Position numbers and translations under genes: made by a program. A stretch of DNA of 63,694 bases, counting the filler, from Globobulimina sp. (lineage: Eukaryota): the NCBI GenBank assembly GCA_003354225.1. It is 38 parts of 38 records of this genome, joined end to end, with 100 filler letters (N's around TTAATTAATTAA, not from the genome) between each part and the next. Parts side by side here need not be neighbours in the genome. Positions count along the whole stretch, not along the records: positions 1 to 1,580 come from PIVH01014559.1; positions 1,681 to 3,260 come from PIVH01014560.1; positions 3,361 to 4,940 come from PIVH01014561.1; positions 5,041 to 6,620 come from PIVH01014562.1; positions 6,721 to 8,300 come from PIVH01014563.1; positions 8,401 to 9,979 come from PIVH01014564.1; positions 10,080 to 11,658 come from PIVH01014565.1; 31 more parts are not named here. The stretch is one strand, 5' to 3'. Below, in pieces: positions 1 to 11,442 of the stretch. The notes under the pieces are model-generated. The model did not search any database. It had not been told where the DNA came from and was given only the letters and a program-made list of their open reading frames with translations. Numbering within the stretch: position 1 is the first letter of the stretch; each line of letters begins with the position of its first letter.

Positions 1-1578
1 CAAAATATTACAAGTAGACGCATGATATAACAGTACATTATCACTCATTGTCTCCCCATAAAAGGAAACCGATTCCATTAAAAAGCGGCCAAACCAATAA
101 AATATTTGTGAATGCCGCTTCGATATTATTTCATTGGTATCCTCTTCCCGCAATTTACGATGTAATTTGCGAAACGACGCACTAAATTGTGTATAATTGC
201 AGTAAATCATAATCACGATAATATGTTCCATGCCTAAAGGCTGCGAATATTGCAATCCCCATTCTTGTAAATGTTTTTTCGAGGCATTGCTTTGCAAGTT
301 ATTAACCATCGGATGCGCCGCATAATAATGTTTCCCTTTTCTTAGCTCAGTGTGCCATTGCTCGATACTCAACGGATGCAATGGATTGCAGGTCAATTCC
401 GTAAATAAATTGGGATGATTCGGCTGCAAATCCAAATAATCCATTGTGGTCCGCGTGGCCCATTTATATTTTTCATTGTTGGCAGCTTCGAATGCAAAGT
501 CATCGTCAGATTTGGCTCCATTTTGCTTTATTAAATATTTTGATTTCTTGGAGATTTTTTTCAGATCGCAGTCGTCCATTAATAATTTATTCAAATGATG
601 AGCGCTTAATATCTGTCTCCTATTTTTCATAATTGCAAGTTTAAAATCATTGTTTATGCGCTGTGTGGAGTCTTCTTTCTGTGCTGATCGATATTTATCC
701 ACAATATTCATGGATAAATCATGAAACATCATACAATGAATACTGTCCAAGATCTGAATCACAGCAATCTCATTGTTGTCAGATATTAAATATAATTTGA
801 ATCGGTAATTATTGTTTTTACATTGACTTCGCTCCCGATAATTCCTCCGGAAATGGATACATTTTCGATCGCCGCCACAAAAAACAACCTTGCTTTGAAA
901 CAAAGAAATTAAAAACTTGTTCCAATGCAGTTGTAAACAATGATATAAATCGAAATATAAATCAGAGATATCATAATCTGGCAGATATTCGAAAAAATCA
1001 TTCAATGTCAACTCGTTCTCATTATATCGCGAATTGAGCATAACTTTCAAACTAAAATCGTTGAAATATCTCATAATAAATATTAGTCGTTTCACGCTCA
1101 TACAATCGCTGTAATGTGATTTGCACAGTGTTTGCGACGTAAAACTTAAACTCGAACTCGATGAATATGAGCTATTGCCGGTGCCGCATCGTTGGTGGTT
1201 CCTATTATTCTCATTTAGTATATTTATGCCTTTCCATTCAGTCAATAATTTGTTATCTAATGCATTATTCTCTGCGTTTATTAAATGCGTTTTTGAGAGA
1301 TTTGAGAATGAATTAAATTCACGTTTTTGTCTGCCGCATAACAAACAGTTATCTCTCCACTTAGCAAAGCCGCGGTCATTTATCAATATGCTGCGGTTTG
1401 AAAAATAACACGACGCACATTTCCATTCCGAAATATATTTTAAAGCTGGAAGGTCTGATACGGATTCTTCTTCTGTCGATTTCTTCGATCGTTTACGTTT
1501 GGATGCTTGCCGTCGATGAGCAATTCGCGAATTTCGTGATGCGGTCTTTCGATGACGTTTTTTTGGTACATTTGCTTC
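1..1578 (-). CDS. Partial ART-like family protein with a RanBP2-like zinc finger; open at both ends and missing from the ORF track
   Basis: Manual translation is open across the contig: WKCASCYFSN..CLLCG, C..RRNYRER..LDSIHCMMFH, HIIVIMIYCNYT..FYWFGRFLMESVSFYG..LYHA. These motifs are shared with 53729-54550 and 55405-56908. Confidence 0.7.
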
Positions 1579-1580
1579 AC

Positions 1581-1680
1581 NNNNNNNNNNNNNNNNNNNN
1601 NNNNNNNNNNNNNNNNNNNNNNNNTTAATTAATTAANNNNNNNNNNNNNNNNNNNNNNNNNNNNNNNNNNNNNNNNNNNN
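1581..1680. other. Artificial contig spacer (first of 37): N-run + TTAATTAATTAA six-frame stop + N-run
   Basis: The same 100-nt spacer recurs every ~1680 nt; the pieces between are 1580, 1579 and then 1578 bp long. Confidence 0.99.
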
Positions 1681-1700
1681 CGGTATTTGAAAGGCATACA

Positions 1701-2426
1701 TTGAAGGGAAAAAAATCAATATTCAACGAATGCATCGCTGAGATTGAAAACCTGATTTTAAACTCCATCATGGCTGGTTTTTACAGTTCTGCCGAGTTCC
1801 AAACAATTGCGCAATCCAGAAATCTCTTCAATAACTCACTGCGTCACAGACCTTCTATTTCCATGCCGCATTTGCCGGACAATGCTCACTTTGCAACAGT
1901 TTGTTTTGATGCGCATTCAGTTAATCACTGGAACGAACATAACAAATATATGCTGTCACCCAACGCATTCTGCCAAGGCATCCACGAATGGACAGTACGA
2001 ATCCTTGAATGCAATGCGTTGCGGCAAGAAATTGGCATCGTTTCTAATTTCAATACAGATATCCAAATGAATGAATATGGTGTTTGTGAAACTGCATCTT
2101 TTGGTCCCCGAGCTGTTTATGGATATAATCAGCTGATAAAATTGAACAAACATAACAAAATTGTGGGCAATGAACATCATTTTTATTACGAGTCTTATAA
2201 TAGGAATAATGCGGTGCGATGTAGTAAAGATTTATCTCAATTGGATATACATCGAGAACCATGGAGTAAAGGTGATATTATTAAGGTTTGTTTGAATTTG
2301 AATAAAGGAGTGGTTAAGTTTTATTTAAATGGGAAACAAGTTCGGAAAACTGTTTCTATAGAAAGGAATGTGACATATTTCCCAATCATTTTGTATTCGG
2401 GAGATTGTCGATATGAAGTTATATAA
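1701..2426 (+). CDS. SPRY/B30.2-like (concanavalin-fold) domain protein
   Basis: GIHEWTVRI..IGIVS..GDIIKVCLNLNKGVVKFYLNGK..YFPII pattern. Confidence 0.7.
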   Translation: MKGKKSIFNECIAEIENLILNSIMAGFYSSAEFQTIAQSRNLFNNSLRHRPSISMPHLPDNAHFATVCFDAHSVNHWNEHNKYMLSPNAFCQGIHEWTVRILECNALRQEIGIVSNFNTDIQMNEYGVCETASFGPRAVYGYNQLIKLNKHNKIVGNEHHFYYESYNRNNAVRCSKDLSQLDIHREPWSKGDIIKVCLNLNKGVVKFYLNGKQVRKTVSIERNVTYFPIILYSGDCRYEVI

Positions 2427-2839
2427 TTAAAATATATGATTTGTACTTTGTATGTTGTATAGAGGGTATCTGTTAATTAACAATTACGAAATTTATATTT
2501 TTTCCGATATATTATTTTATGTTTTTTTTTTATATTTGTTTGCTGCTCTTTGTATTATTTTGATGAATAACTCTTCTCATTCTCATTCGCATAATAATGT
2601 GTTTGTGTTGCTTTGTGCGTGTGCCGTGTCGTGTGTTTGTTTGTTTGTTATGCGATCTATGTTTAGCTTCTGTATTATTTGTGACATTTTTTTTTTATTG
2701 TTACATAGAAATTATGTAATTACCATTATTTACTGTCAGGAACTCGGTCTCTCGTTTACGGCAAATATTTTTCGAATTAAGAATTTTACCCTCACAGCTT
2801 CAAAACATTATTTATCACAACAACCAAAGTCGTTACTTT

Positions 2840-3260
2840 ATGTCTGACACCTTTCAATATTTTGTAAAGAATTCATTCACCATCAAAGATAATGGAAAAA
2901 CAATCAGAAAAAAGGATGATGATTCAGATAAAACTGCGTATGGTGGGCAAGTCGTGAAAGGAAGCGGCATTTTTATATGGCAAATAAAAATAAATAAATT
3001 AACAGATTGTTATTGTGTAATCGGAATCGATGAAGCAAATCATAAACATACAAATACAGACTTTGCTGATAAATCTGATTCAACCATTCATTATGGATAT
3101 TTTGCACATGGTAATAAATGGGATTCAAATGGTAATGGTAGTAAATATTCAGTTGATTACAACGAAGGAGATTTAATAACAATGGAATTAAATTTAAATA
3201 AAAATTGGCTCTCATTTGGAAAAAATTCATCAAAATTAAAAAAAGCATTTGAAATTAAAA
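2840..3260 (+). CDS. SPRY/B30.2-like domain protein, 3' truncated
   Basis: WQIKINK..CVIGI..YGY..GDLITMELNLNKNWLSFGKN. Confidence 0.7.
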
Positions 3261-3360
3261 NNNNNNNNNNNNNNNNNNNNNNNNNNNNNNNNNNNNNNNN
3301 NNNNTTAATTAATTAANNNNNNNNNNNNNNNNNNNNNNNNNNNNNNNNNNNNNNNNNNNN

Positions 3361-4875
3361 GCCAAATATAAATTTACAGCGCAGCATTCCAAATGGAAGA
3401 TACATCAAAAAGAGGCACATTGTGTCCTCACTCTCATTGAGACATACAAACATGTCTTAACTGGGAAATCTGTCCATTTATACATCGATAATACGGTGTG
3501 TTTTTATGCCATGACCCGAAAGTGGTCCAGCCGCTATTCAGTGATGATGTTCATTTACGAGCTGTGTCTCCAATTAATCAAATATAAAATTTATATGTTC
3601 TTCGAATGGATCCCGTCAGAGTTCAATGACTTTGCCGATTTACTTTCTCGTTTTGATATGCCTGCCTTTAATAAATTATCCGATCGCTTTAATATGAGAT
3701 TAGACGAAATTTCGCCGTCTTATTTCACCAATTTTATATTTATGGAGTCGCGCAAACAATTTCATCAATGTGACATGCAAGAATATAAGCAATTCGTTAA
3801 TTGGCTTAAATTGCCAGTTCGCCAACGTCAGCAATCACCATATCCGTTTTATATGAACTATTGAATAATGTCCACATTATTGCCTAAATTTGCTACATTG
3901 CGACTGCTTTCTCTCCACCCTCTCCTCCTCCATTTATCTTCAACTTTAAAACTTCCAAAAACTTTGTTTGTGTTTATTTAGTCACACACGTTGTTTTAAC
4001 TTTTCTGTCTTTCCGCTGCTTTTATGCAGTGTTTGCATTGGCTGAAACTTGCCCTAAATCTGGCGAGCCGTCAATGAACTTTTTTGGATCAATCCCTATC
4101 TCTGTTTGTATACATAATTTGGGACAAGTGAAATTTGTTTGTCTTCTCCCACTTTTTAACTCTCCTTCTAATTTTGTTTGAGCAAAGTTATATTGATCGC
4201 ACTTTTTAATTAGTGTTCCTAAATTGTATACAAATTTATACATATTCAGATTATATGTGCATGCGGTTAAACAACAATCGTATGGCACAGAAAGACAGTC
4301 GAAATGCCAAACATATCGCAAAAGTAATTCTGTCCAACAAGGAATTATCTACAAAAGAACACTATGTTTCAAGTTTACGTCATTTTGCCAAATATTGTAT
4401 TATGGTGGATGAGGATCCTTTTCTTATGCAGCTCGATCCATTGGTTGCCATGTATTGGATTTCCGAACGTACGCTCCAAGCTGGCAACATTAAATCAATT
4501 TGTACGTGGCAATCCACGTTGACATGGATCTGTGAATTGAAAGGCTTTGAGCCAACTTATCGTTCCAATCCAGACTATTCCCGATTTAAAAAGGATCTCC
4601 GTAAGCAATACGAGGAAGAATCTGACACTCGTTTGCCATTCCAATTGGATCATCTCATCGCATACACCATCCATCACAAAGCGTACTCCTCCAATCTCCG
4701 TTCCATTAATATCAATAATTTGTTACATGTAACATTGGCTCAATTATACTTCTGCACAATGCCCCGTCCGGGCGAGCTCCTTCGTGGTACCAATAAATTG
4801 AAAAAAACCGGTCTCCGTTTCAAGAAAAGATGTGAGTTAGTTGCTGAAAAACCTGGAAGTCAGATATTCACATAA
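3361..4875 (+). mobile_element. DIRS/Ngaro-type tyrosine-recombinase retrotransposon fragment: RNase H end (3361-3864) then YR ORF (4213-4875)
   Basis: The frame from 3361 gives IHQKE..VHLYIDN..WIPSEFNDFADLLSR (DIRS-type RNase H). The downstream ORF has an N-terminal helical domain (STKEHYVSSLRHF) and LYFCTMPRPGELL (YR box I Arg). Confidence 0.8.
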
Positions 4876-5041
4876 ATGACACTCTAATTGTTCTACGACA
4901 CTTTATTTGATATCATATAATGTTAATCGCAGGATATTTCNNNNNNNNNNNNNNNNNNNNNNNNNNNNNNNNNNNNNNNNNNNNTTAATTAATTAANNNN
5001 NNNNNNNNNNNNNNNNNNNNNNNNNNNNNNNNNNNNNNNNT

Positions 5042-6472
5042 TTGTGGTCTTCTATCAGTATTTGGTGGACTATTGGCGAGCGGACGCATCCGTCGTGGAT
5101 TGATGACCAGGACTTGAGAGACGATGCCATGCCAAATTTTGAAAAATATTCCTATGCAATGTACTGGTCTGTGGTTACTTTGTTCACCACCGGTTATGGC
5201 GCCATCCATGCTACCAATATGGCGGAACAATGGTATTGCTGCTTGCTCATAATTATTGGAACGTGTTTCTTTTCCTATTTTATCGGAGCTTTAGCTGTGA
5301 TTATAACGGAGGGAGACCGCGCAAACTCATTTTATGACGAAAAGCTCGAAGAAGCGCGCGAGTTTTGTGAAAAAAAAAGATTGCCAAAAGAGTTGCGACG
5401 AGCTATTTTAACTCATATTCGATATCATTGTAATTATAACTATGTATTCGATGAAAACGATTTGATGAATTTGTTGCCACCGTATTTGAAATACGATGTG
5501 AATTTAAATATTGCGGAACAGTTTTTATCGCAATTGAAAATATTTAACAACGCAGAGTTTAAATTGGAGCCCTTTATCATTGGCGCAATTGCATTAAAAA
5601 TGAGATCTATTTCTTGCAATCAGGGTTATACATTGTATCATATTGGTGACGCTGCGAATGAATTTTATATTCAACGTACTGGTGTTTCGTCGTTGATCGA
5701 TGGAAGTAATCACAAGAAATGGCTACATCGTGGTGATGTATGTGGTGAGTATGAATCTTTTCTGCATCGCAAACGACAATACAAAGTTGTGTGTAATACT
5801 TGGTCAGAATTTTATGTTGTAAATATTAACGATATTATGCAAATTTTAAATGATTATTTTACACCAATTCAAGTGCAAACAAAATGGAGTAAGATGCAAA
5901 AATATGTTCAAAATGCTCTGGTTAAAAAAGTTAAACATTGTATCAAATTGGGAAACAACAGATATTGTGATCAACATCAACATGACAATGAGGAATATCA
6001 TAAAGAATTTGTACATTTATTTTCCAAAAATAATACTCCAGCCACTCAAACATTGACTGATGAGCATGAGTTCGAATTGAAAAAGAAAAAAGCAAGGCCG
6101 CGAACACAGAGTGAAGCCAGAAATGTATTGCTTTCATCATCAGCTTCAATGTTGTTTAGTTTTAAAAAGAATCATTCTTATGATGACAACCAGCGTCATG
6201 CCAAAATTCAACGAGAAAGAAATGTATTATCAGATTCAGAGCATAATGATGTATGTAATGAATTAAATTATAATTTAATGGCAGGATTTACTGAGCAACA
6301 AACATCAACAACGAATGTTGTCCATCGTAAGCGGAGATTTGGTGGGAAATTTAAAGTGGAGAAAAAGCATAAAAGAAGTGCAAGTCGGAACATTTCGTAT
6401 CATACAGATTTTATGGACAATTTATCTTCGGATGAAAATGCTGAGGAAGAAGACTTGCATTATATAGACTAA
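5042..6472 (+). CDS. Cyclic-nucleotide-binding-domain K+ channel (EAG/HCN-like), 5' truncated
   Basis: YWSVVTLFTTGYG pore, S6 helix, C-linker and cNMP domain (GDAANEFY..GDVCGE). Confidence 0.88.
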   Translation: MWSSISIWWTIGERTHPSWIDDQDLRDDAMPNFEKYSYAMYWSVVTLFTTGYGAIHATNMAEQWYCCLLIIIGTCFFSYFIGALAVIITEGDRANSFYDEKLEEAREFCEKKRLPKELRRAILTHIRYHCNYNYVFDENDLMNLLPPYLKYDVNLNIAEQFLSQLKIFNNAEFKLEPFIIGAIALKMRSISCNQGYTLYHIGDAANEFYIQRTGVSSLIDGSNHKKWLHRGDVCGEYESFLHRKRQYKVVCNTWSEFYVVNINDIMQILNDYFTPIQVQTKWSKMQKYVQNALVKKVKHCIKLGNNRYCDQHQHDNEEYHKEFVHLFSKNNTPATQTLTDEHEFELKKKKARPRTQSEARNVLLSSSASMLFSFKKNHSYDDNQRHAKIQRERNVLSDSEHNDVCNELNYNLMAGFTEQQTSTTNVVHRKRRFGGKFKVEKKHKRSASRNISYHTDFMDNLSSDENAEEEDLHYID

Positions 6473-7240
6473 ATGTTCATAAATTTTAACTGTTGTGTAA
6501 CCATACAAGACTTTTAATGGTTCCGTTAATGATGCGCCGGTTAATATGTTTAACCGTTTATCGGAGAAAACAATTTTATTAATCCTCAACGTACTGTCAA
6601 AAAAACCATCCTCTCTCCAANNNNNNNNNNNNNNNNNNNNNNNNNNNNNNNNNNNNNNNNNNNNTTAATTAATTAANNNNNNNNNNNNNNNNNNNNNNNN
6701 NNNNNNNNNNNNNNNNNNNNCGAGGAAGCGTCGAAGGGCAACTTCGTGGTTAATCGAAGTGTCTTCCTTTGTTTCACGGTCGAATTGTCGTTGAAGACGA
6801 AGGGCAATTTCGTGGTCAAGTAAATGCTTTTGTGGTGGTGGTTGTTTTCGTGGTGATGTCATTGCTATATTTAAAATGCTTGTACTTCAATTCTAAATAT
6901 GGTGAAATTGTTGATGAACTTTGATAATTGTCAGTGGTTTTTTACTAAAAGTTTTAAAAATTTGTTAAAATGGATTAGTTCACTTCGTGAGAATCTTAAA
7001 AACAGTGTTATTATTCACAACTAATATTACAACGGAGATCGAAACTGCAAGAAGCAAACATTTCTTGTGTACGTGAATATAGAAAAGCTGAAAAAAGTGA
7101 TTGTAAAGTTTGTCGCAAGAATTAAAGCAAGAGCTCCCCTCAAAATTGCAAATGGACAACGAAATTAAACGTGTAAACAATTAATTATAACGATAACAGT
7201 TCGTATTGATGGTTTTAAAAAAATATTGAAATGCTGCAGC

Positions 7241-7497
7241 TGACTCAGGTGAGATTTAAACTCACATCAATGCGAATTTGATGAGGATGGTTGATCATTC
7301 GGGTTTCGATCCCGCTGCCTCTACGATGAAACGTAGCGCTCTTCCAATTGAGCTATAATCCCCGATCCACCTCCTCTGCCATCATTTTGGTTGGAGAGAA
7401 GCATAATGTTTGACGCATGGTTTCTGGTGGAATAAGAATTTAGAAACGACACAAGATCGCAAACGCACACTCTATCTGGTAATTGAGTTACTGAGTC
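7241..7497 (-). tRNA. Outer tRNA-like gene, degenerate, with a ~180-nt insert in the anticodon loop
   Basis: Acceptor GACTCAG/CTGAGTC-A, D stem ACTC/GAGT, anticodon stem TGCG/CGCA and T stem GTGAG/CTCAC all pair; the loops are non-canonical (TTTAAAT T loop, no GG in the D loop). Confidence 0.5.
7288..7362 (-). pseudogene. Inner tRNA-like gene, probably derived from tRNA-Ala
   Basis: GGGATTA-TAGCTCAATTGGAAGAGC-G-CTACG-TTTCAT-CGTAG-AGGCA-GCGGGATCGAAACCCG; clear A and B boxes, 6-nt anticodon loop, imperfect acceptor stem. Confidence 0.65.
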
Positions 7498-7670
7498 ACG
7501 GATCGATTTGTAATGCTAAACCTATTTGTAATTCTTGTATTTAACCTGCATCAATTTTTGCTCAATATTATTTGTGGGAGCAACCAAGGCATCGATTAAA
7601 AGGATTTTAATTGTTGTGATTCTTAGGATATATACATTTGACACGTGACTCTGTTCAGTGTAACATTAAC

Positions 7671-7817
7671 TACTTTAGAATAGGACCTGTTTGAAACACA
7701 ATGTTTTTAAAATCCGCAAATTCGCAAGTCGTGTTGTTAGGAGATGGTGATGACCTCTCCATAGGTTTTAAAAATTTTCTAAAACGCGGTGTTTCAAACA
7801 AGTCCTATTCTAAAGTA
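7671..7817. mobile_element. MITE with ~27-bp TIRs and TA target duplication (Tc1/mariner-like)
   Basis: TA-CTTTAGAATAGGACCTGTTTGAAACAC ... GTGTTTCAAACAAGTCCTATTCTAAAG-TA, one mismatch. Confidence 0.75.
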
Positions 7818-7856
7818 TTAAAACGCAACTCTTGTTTTTACAAAACGTATAATTAC

Positions 7857-8300
7857 TTACAATTTGGATTTATTTAATATTTTATTTTTTAATGAGGATA
7901 AAGTGGAAGCATTGGAATCTCGAATTTTTAGTTTCCGTTTTATCATAAACTGCCTTCCACGTTGTCGGGCTGTACTTGCTGCGCCAATATCTGCTCTCAA
8001 ATAGCAATTATTTAATACTTTTAAACATTCTGCAATTAACAATCCATCCACTTCACGCGGATTATTTGTATAAACCACACAATTGGCGAGTCCATATTTG
8101 ATTGCTTCATTCCCAGCAAATGCCATTCCAGTTTGTGTAATAAACGATGCTTTGTCATGCGATCCAGCACAACGCAACGCCATTTTATATGTAATGTCAT
8201 CGATGTCGAGTCCAAGTCTGGTTTCTTTAAACTGAATGAAATGATCATTAGCGAGTACTCTATAATCACATAAACTGGCCACCATTGCACCAGCGGCCAT
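7857..8300 (-). CDS. Enoyl-CoA hydratase/isomerase (crotonase) family, C-terminal part, with peroxisomal PTS1
   Basis: AAGAMVASLCDYRV..FKETRLGL..EAIKYGL; ends SKL-stop. Confidence 0.75.
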   Translation of the reverse strand: MAAGAMVASLCDYRVLANDHFIQFKETRLGLDIDDITYKMALRCAGSHDKASFITQTGMAFAGNEAIKYGLANCVVYTNNPREVDGLLIAECLKVLNNCYLRADIGAASTARQRGRQFMIKRKLKIRDSNASTLSSLKNKILNKSKL

Positions 8301-8400
8301 NNNNNNNNNNNNNNNNNNNNNNNNNNNNNNNNNNNNNNNNNNNNTTAATTAATTAANNNNNNNNNNNNNNNNNNNNNNNNNNNNNNNNNNNNNNNNNNNN

Positions 8401-9979
8401 ATTTTCAAAGTCATTTAAATTGTTACATATGCGTGCCATTCTGATAAGCTGTGAATATAGTACTTTATATCCCATAGAAGTGTGCACATTGCTACTGGCA
8501 AAGCCATATCTGACTACATGAAAGTTAAAATCATCTGTTTTATTATAGACTGCAATTCTTTTAATGGTGGAATTTAAGGAAATTTGTATATCTAGAAAGC
8601 AGCTTTCTTGTGTTGATTTAGCTGTATTTTCTAATGGCAAACAAGCTGGATAGATGAGTTTAGCATATTCCATAAACTTCGTACAGTTCAATGATAATAT
8701 ATCATCTATATAACGCATAGTATGCGTCATGGCTTTAGCAAGTACTTTGTTTTCATTTTTAGTCAAAAATGTGTATTCCAGCATACTGAGTGTTAAATCT
8801 GCTATGAGTGGGCTGGCATTGCCTCCCATTGGTACACCACAAGTTTGCTTAAAGTGACATCCACCAAATATTACATATGTTTCATCAATTACATCATTGA
8901 TTAAAAGTTTGACTTCATTTTTGTCAAGCATAATGCTTTTATTACTTGTAACTTCATCTGCATAATAGACATTGTTATATGTAATTACCACCAATCTTTT
9001 ATTGGAATGATTAAATAACATGTCAGTAAGCTTGTACAATTGCTCCTTTATAATCTTATGTGGAAACATGGTGTATAATGAGCTGAAATCTGCTGTACAT
9101 ATTGTATCAAGTTTTTTGGATTGTATTTTATGCTCAATTTGTCGAAGCGCTTCTAAACTACCTTTAATAGACCAATAACAATTAACTCATTTTCTTTTAC
9201 TAACTGTACTACAGTATCGTTCAAAGTGTTTTTGAAAATGTACTAGAATTTGGTGTAGAATTTTGGACATTGGTTTGGTAGAGGAATTACGTGCACCTGC
9301 TATAAAACGGAATTTATAAGGATTTTTGTGTAGTTTAGGTGTTGCAAATATGACTGGCAAACATTCATTATCTTTATCGAATTTTGTTATACCATTTTGT
9401 AATGTTAAGTCTTTATGTTTATTTATTAGACTGTTTATATCTATAGTACTTGGTTCATAAACTTTGTTTCCCGCAATAGTATAATCACCATTACTATTAA
9501 TTGTGATACCCAATTCTTTGCACATGACTTCTGTATAATACTTCTTGCATATGAAGATAAAGTTATTGCTAGCTTTATCCGCTGGTGCTATAATATAGCT
9601 TGACTGTAGTTTCTTGAGTTCTTTCTTGCAAGCATGTTGTTGTAAAATTGATAACCTTGGTGTATTATCCTCCATATGCGTTGATAGGAAACGTATTCTG
9701 TTGTCAATTATCTTTGTAAAAAGACTTCTGTATTCTTCCATGACTGCGAATATATGCCTTTTCTTGACTGACGAAGAGCTTTTGGTGGTTTTTCTAATAT
9801 ATTCATTTAGAGCTGCAGTGGCATTATCTTTGACATCTGTCCAGTTGAATGTTTTTGGTTCTCGGTATTTTGCTCCCTTTTCAAATAAACTTCTAAGTTT
9901 TGTATTTTCAACAATGTTAAGGTTTCCAGTAATAATGTGTTGATAATGATTATAAACATATTTTGAATTAACACATTTA
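8401..9979 (-). mobile_element. Penelope-like retroelement reverse transcriptase with one in-frame TGA at 9187-9189
   Basis: HIITGNL..KGAKYREP, PADKASNN, PKLHKNPYKFRFI, DFSSLYT, QTCGVPMGGNASPLIADL, RYIDD, FLDI..YNKTDDFNF; the two listed ORFs are in the same frame. Confidence 0.88.
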
Positions 9980-10079
9980 NNNNNNNNNNNNNNNNNNNNN
10001 NNNNNNNNNNNNNNNNNNNNNNNTTAATTAATTAANNNNNNNNNNNNNNNNNNNNNNNNNNNNNNNNNNNNNNNNNNNN

Positions 10080-11442
10080 TTGGAAATGACTTAAAAGACT
10101 CAATACCAAATAATGGCCATTTCCGTTTACAACCATAACACGAATTGGTTTGAGACAAATGGTCAAGCGGAATTTCCTCATTTTCTACATTCTTATTCTT
10201 ATTATGATTGTTATTGTTTTTGTTATGATTTGTGCCCAAAATGCTACATAAACTTTGTCTTTTTATTATTGATTTGGTCTTTTTATTATTTATGGAGGCT
10301 GTCGGAGTAAAGGAATAATCAAACAACGTCTTTCTTTTCTTCTTATTACTTTGCGGTGTCTTCATATTGATGCTATTTACAGTTTTTTCAATGATTAAAA
10401 TATCATCGATGTCATCCGCAGCATCCATCATATTATTGTGATTATTTTCTTTTTCCTGAAGTTGTTTCAATAATAATTCACCTTTTAACCCTTCAAAATG
10501 CTCTCGAATATCCATTAATTTATTCACTTCCCGCTCTACATTTGCATCACACACATTCTCTCCAAATAAAAACTGCACTCTCTCATCAATGGCATTTGTA
10601 ATATCCACAATATATTCAACAGTAAATTGTTTATTCTGTTTCATGGCCATATTATATTCATCGTCAATATCAATCTGGCCATCATCAATAAAACTAACTG
10701 TGTCAGCTTCATCCACTTGGGCTGCATTGACTGTTTCTTCTGAATATCCCACCTCGTTATCCTCCTCATCACCGGCTGATGTCTCACTGATTTCCATTAC
10801 TTCAATGCAGTGTTTTTTGCAATATTTAATATATAACTCGTTACCTTGTAACATTTGGGGCGGCTCCCAGCTATTAAATAATTGGTTGTATCCTTCCCAT
10901 TTAATATAGAATGTAATCTCATCCATTTCCTCGTTGTATTGATGTTGTAGTATTTCTTGGGGAATATACAGAGGATTCGTCACTTCGTCAATCGGTAAAT
11001 CAGTTTGCTTTAAATAGTTATTGTAAATATTTAAATGTTGCAAATCATCATGTTTTAACCATGCAAATTGAGAATTATTCTGTTTAGAAACTATTTTAAA
11101 ATGATACCAATCTTTTTGTAATCGGTGCTGAACAATTAAACAGTCGTTGTCATTTAGCCAGTTATTATCTGATGCCGTGTTTATACATATTTTGTAATCT
11201 GTTTCAAGTATTTTCGTAGAATCTGTGGGTGGATTAGGTGGCAGTTTTTTGTTAATGAACGGTGATAAGATTTCAACAGAAGGACTTTGGCTTTGTTCGT
11301 TTGGTATTAATTCACTTTGACATTTTGATTCATAATTTAACTTTTGTTTCTTTGGAGTGGGTGAACATTCTGATAAATCAACATACGATCTGTCGTCTTC
11401 ATCTTGGACCTGTGAAAAAGTGCGTTTCTTCAAGTTACTCAT
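10080..11442 (-). CDS. Chromodomain protein (probably two chromo-like domains), 3' truncated
   Basis: EILQH..FYIKWEGYNQLFNSWEP chromo motif; a weaker upstream copy IVQHR..FKIV..AWL. Confidence 0.7.

Noticed and set aside
444-1628. Short + strand ORFs here, and the many antisense/overlapping ORFs elsewhere in the track
   Set aside because: Shadows of longer, motif-bearing frames
7321-7340. Inner tRNA as a UCA-anticodon (Sec/opal suppressor) or CAU tRNA
   Set aside because: The loop TTTCAT is only 6 nt, there is no long variable arm, and the body is Ala-like; loss of G from TTTGCAT is the simpler explanation
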